Assembly: GCA_020851595.1 (NCBI GenBank)
Contig: JADZCK010000019.1
Span: forward strand, 1 to 56,714
Origin: Candidatus Nomurabacteria bacterium
GTDB lineage: Bacteria; Patescibacteriota; Minisyncoccia; Phycocordibacterales; UBA9973
DNA: 56,714 nt
Direction: 5' to 3'
Shown here: positions 54,530-56,714 of the stretch, piece after piece
Position numbering within the stretch: position 1 is the stretch's first letter
How the letters are laid out: each line of letters begins with the position of its first letter
The notes under the pieces: model-generated
Told to the model about the DNA's origin: nothing
The model's database searches: none
Seen by the model: the letters and a program-made list of their open reading frames with translations, nothing else
Program-made: the position numbers and the translations under genes

Positions 54530-55720
54530 ATGACAGACACACCACACCAAATCAAATGCAGTGCTTGTGGCACAAGCCCTGTTAATCACAACTTATTGCT
54601 TTTTTCTGATATCCTCGATGCAACACTTGGAAAAATAAACGCTAGTGTATTTTATTTTACAAATACAGATAAATGGGAAAAATTTAGTATATTTTTAGAA
54701 AAAGTATTATTTGAAATATTCGCTTTCTTAAAAATTGTAACTTTTTCAAAAGACGTAGAAAAAGCATTGACAGGCAGATCGAAGCTGATATGGGAAGAAG
54801 CAAACAAGCGTGGTATAAAAATGGAACAAGTAAAAATTTTCGGTAAACCTGTAGAATTTTATAGAGCAATAATTAATGGTAAAAAACGATACTTTCAAAG
54901 TTTGCCAATACCTCCTTGGCTACAACAAAGTGGATATAAATGGCTTGATGATAAATTTAAACTTTATCAAGTATTATCCAAAAACAACATAAAAGTACCG
55001 AAAGCATACAAAATATCTAATTTGTCTCAAGCTAAAAAAGCTTTTGAAAATTTAAGCAAACCAGTAATAATAAAACCACAAAACGGATCTCGAGGCAGAC
55101 ACACCACAACAAACATAAACACAGAAGAAGAACTCATCAATGCATTAAATTTATCCAGGCAAATCACCTTGTTTACAGTTATGCAAGAACACCTTTTTGG
55201 TAGTGTATGCCGAGCTACTGTGATAAATAATAAACTTGTAGGTTTTTTCCGGGCTACCCCGCCTCAAATAATAGGAGATGGTATACACACAATACAAGAA
55301 CTTATCGATGATAAAAACAAAAATCGAAACAAAAAAATATCTGATGTAAATATCAATGATGATTTAATAGATTTTATTAAAAGACAAAACTACACCCTTG
55401 ATAGTATATTAGAAAAAGACAAAATCATAGATTTATCTGCTAAAACAGGAAGATTTTATGGTGGATACACCGAAGAAATGCTACCTAAGATTCATCCTAA
55501 AATGCACGATATCTTTAGTAGAGCTGGATCTTTGATAAAAGCTCCCATTGCTGGTTTTGATTTAATTATAAAAGACCCTACAAAAGACCCAGACACAGAA
55601 AGATGGGGCATAATAGAATGTAACTCACTACCATTTATAGATCTTCATTATTTTGCTTTAGAAGGTAACCCGGTAAATTTGGCAGAAAATATTTGGGATT
55701 TGTGGAAAAAAGAAAATTAA
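54530..55720 (+). CDS. ATP-grasp enzyme (cyanophycin-synthetase-like ligase domain)
   Basis: LDDKFKLYQVL..NNIKVP, PVIIKPQNGSRGRHTT, VMQEHLFGSVCRATVINNKLVG..R.PPQIIGDG. Start set at the ATG at 54530 (MTDTPHQIKCSACG). Confidence 0.65.
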   Translation: MTDTPHQIKCSACGTSPVNHNLLLFSDILDATLGKINASVFYFTNTDKWEKFSIFLEKVLFEIFAFLKIVTFSKDVEKALTGRSKLIWEEANKRGIKMEQVKIFGKPVEFYRAIINGKKRYFQSLPIPPWLQQSGYKWLDDKFKLYQVLSKNNIKVPKAYKISNLSQAKKAFENLSKPVIIKPQNGSRGRHTTTNINTEEELINALNLSRQITLFTVMQEHLFGSVCRATVINNKLVGFFRATPPQIIGDGIHTIQELIDDKNKNRNKKISDVNINDDLIDFIKRQNYTLDSILEKDKIIDLSAKTGRFYGGYTEEMLPKIHPKMHDIFSRAGSLIKAPIAGFDLIIKDPTKDPDTERWGIIECNSLPFIDLHYFALEGNPVNLAENIWDLWKKEN

Positions 55721-55722
55721 CT

Positions 55723-55750
55723 AAAAATCCCGCCAACTGGCGGGATTTTT
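55723..55750. terminator. bidirectional rho-independent terminator between convergent genes
   Basis: aaaaatcccgcc aact ggcgggattttt. Confidence 0.8.
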
Positions 55751-55754
55751 AGTT

Positions 55755-56393
55755 TTAGCTTTTATTGTTAGCAGGAGTAACTATCACATCTGCTTCACCT
55801 ATCGCATCCATTATAGACATAACCTGCTCAGCGTATTTAGGAACAATAGATGGAGGATTGTATGCGCGAAGAATTTCTTTTGTAGTTTTTTCATCGTAAT
55901 GCTTAGCAGTCTTAGGATTATTACCACCAAGATTTCTGGCAACAGTTTCTATGGCTTCCTCATTGGTTTTAAAACCAATTTTACAAGAACCCCAACCGAA
56001 TGCATTGTTTGGAACTTTTTTACATTCAAACTTACCACCAGTAGATTCCCGTACAGCAATAGCTGGTAATAGACGCCAATCAAGATCATTCTTTTCGGCT
56101 TCAAGTACCATTTTCATACCAGTACCCTTTAAAGGCATATCACGTTTAGTAAAGTAAGCATCGATAGCTTCCGCTTTTTCAACTCTGGTTTTTTGAAGCA
56201 AAACCTCTGGATCATCAGCTTTGTTAAGAGTTAATAATCCATTAGCCCCGATATTTAGTTGTTGCACTAACGCACTTTGAGAAATCCCAGAAACGATAAC
56301 GTTATTATTGCTTATATTACCAAAACTAGACATAGAAACTACCGGCAACATAACTAAGGATTGAACAAAACGTATTAGATTTTTATTTTTCAT
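55755..56393 (-). CDS. secreted protein, possible lysozyme-like peptidoglycan hydrolase
   Basis: Signal peptide. The LLPAIAVRESTGG...AFGW motif is reminiscent of a transglycosylase/glucosaminidase catalytic Glu region. Confidence 0.35.
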   Translation of the reverse strand: MKNKNLIRFVQSLVMLPVVSMSSFGNISNNNVIVSGISQSALVQQLNIGANGLLTLNKADDPEVLLQKTRVEKAEAIDAYFTKRDMPLKGTGMKMVLEAEKNDLDWRLLPAIAVRESTGGKFECKKVPNNAFGWGSCKIGFKTNEEAIETVARNLGGNNPKTAKHYDEKTTKEILRAYNPPSIVPKYAEQVMSIMDAIGEADVIVTPANNKS

Positions 56394-56612
56394 ATTTTAG
56401 CGGTTTCGCTCCGCAAAACTCAGTCTCGAAATTAAAAGACCCTTATTTCATAAGGCTTACGCCTTTAATCTAAGGATCTAATAGAATGATAGCATATTAA
56501 AAGGAAAAAGTCAATAGTTAGACAATAAATTTGAGATATGTCAAATCTAAAATACGTTGTTAAATAAGGATATTTTGAGATATTACTACGTATTAAAGTC
56601 AACACCTTTGCA

Positions 56613-56714
56613 TCACTTTGATTGAATTTCTAGCATTTTGGCTGGCGTTTTAAATTTAATTCCCATATGCATACGTTTGGTGTTGTAGTGTTTTAGAAAT
56701 TCTGAAACATCAGC
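56613..56714 (-). mobile_element. 3' end of a DDE transposase/integrase (rve-type) gene, truncated by the window edge
   Basis: The reverse strand reads ADVSEFLKHYNTKRMHMGIKFKTPAKMLEIQSK*. The YN..R.H..L/I...TP pattern is the conserved C-terminal tail of IS3/IS481-type transposases. Confidence 0.55.

Noticed and set aside
1-56714. Alternative genetic code (for example UGA recoding, as in some candidate phyla), and CRISPR arrays.
   Set aside because: Conserved genes are intact under the standard code. TGA ends the response-regulator gene (31315-31317) at the expected C-terminus. No repeat-spacer array was seen in any intergenic region.

Overview
This is a 56.7-kb, gene-dense, AT-rich bacterial chromosome segment. 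Hand-counted 60-nt lines in ordinary genes give about 25-35% GC. The gene content and style suggest a streamlined Patescibacteria/CPR-like genome (inference): compact AlaRS and IF-2, almost no Shine-Dalgarno (SD) sequences, -10 boxes 6-8 nt from operon-head ATGs, soluble TraD/VirD4-like ATPases, tandem T4SS-type pilins and very little biosynthesis. Housekeeping blocks are clear. They include rplU, cysS, and a dnaJ/dnaK/grpE chaperone locus interrupted by rsmE and two coupling-protein-like ATPases. The conserved infA-rpmJ-rpsM-rpsK-rpsD-rpoA-rplQ-rplM-rpsI string is present, as are alaS, mnmA, mltG, typA, clpB, infB-rbfA, gyrA and rpsA. There is one two-component system and five tRNAs: Tyr alone, plus a Cys/Leu-TAA/Lys-CTT/Leu-TAG array. 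The standout anomaly is a roughly 2.5-kb, compositionally foreign (about 50-75% GC) three-gene cassette at about 40995-43466. It encodes only envelope proteins of no family I can recognise, and all three have canonical SDs. An AT-rich host-style promoter with a structured leader drives it. It sits between a tRNA array that carries ghost copies of three tRNA ends (recombination scars) and a six-gene operon of TrbC/VirB2-like pilin paralogs. Secondary points are a CxxC-x17-CxxC zinc ribbon fused to one TraD-like ATPase, two further small SD-bearing GC-elevated genes, two promoter-leader-terminator units (possible sRNAs or attenuators), a catalytically dead HtrA-like protein, and a transposase fragment at the right edge. 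No CRISPR array, rRNA, integrase or reverse transcriptase was seen.
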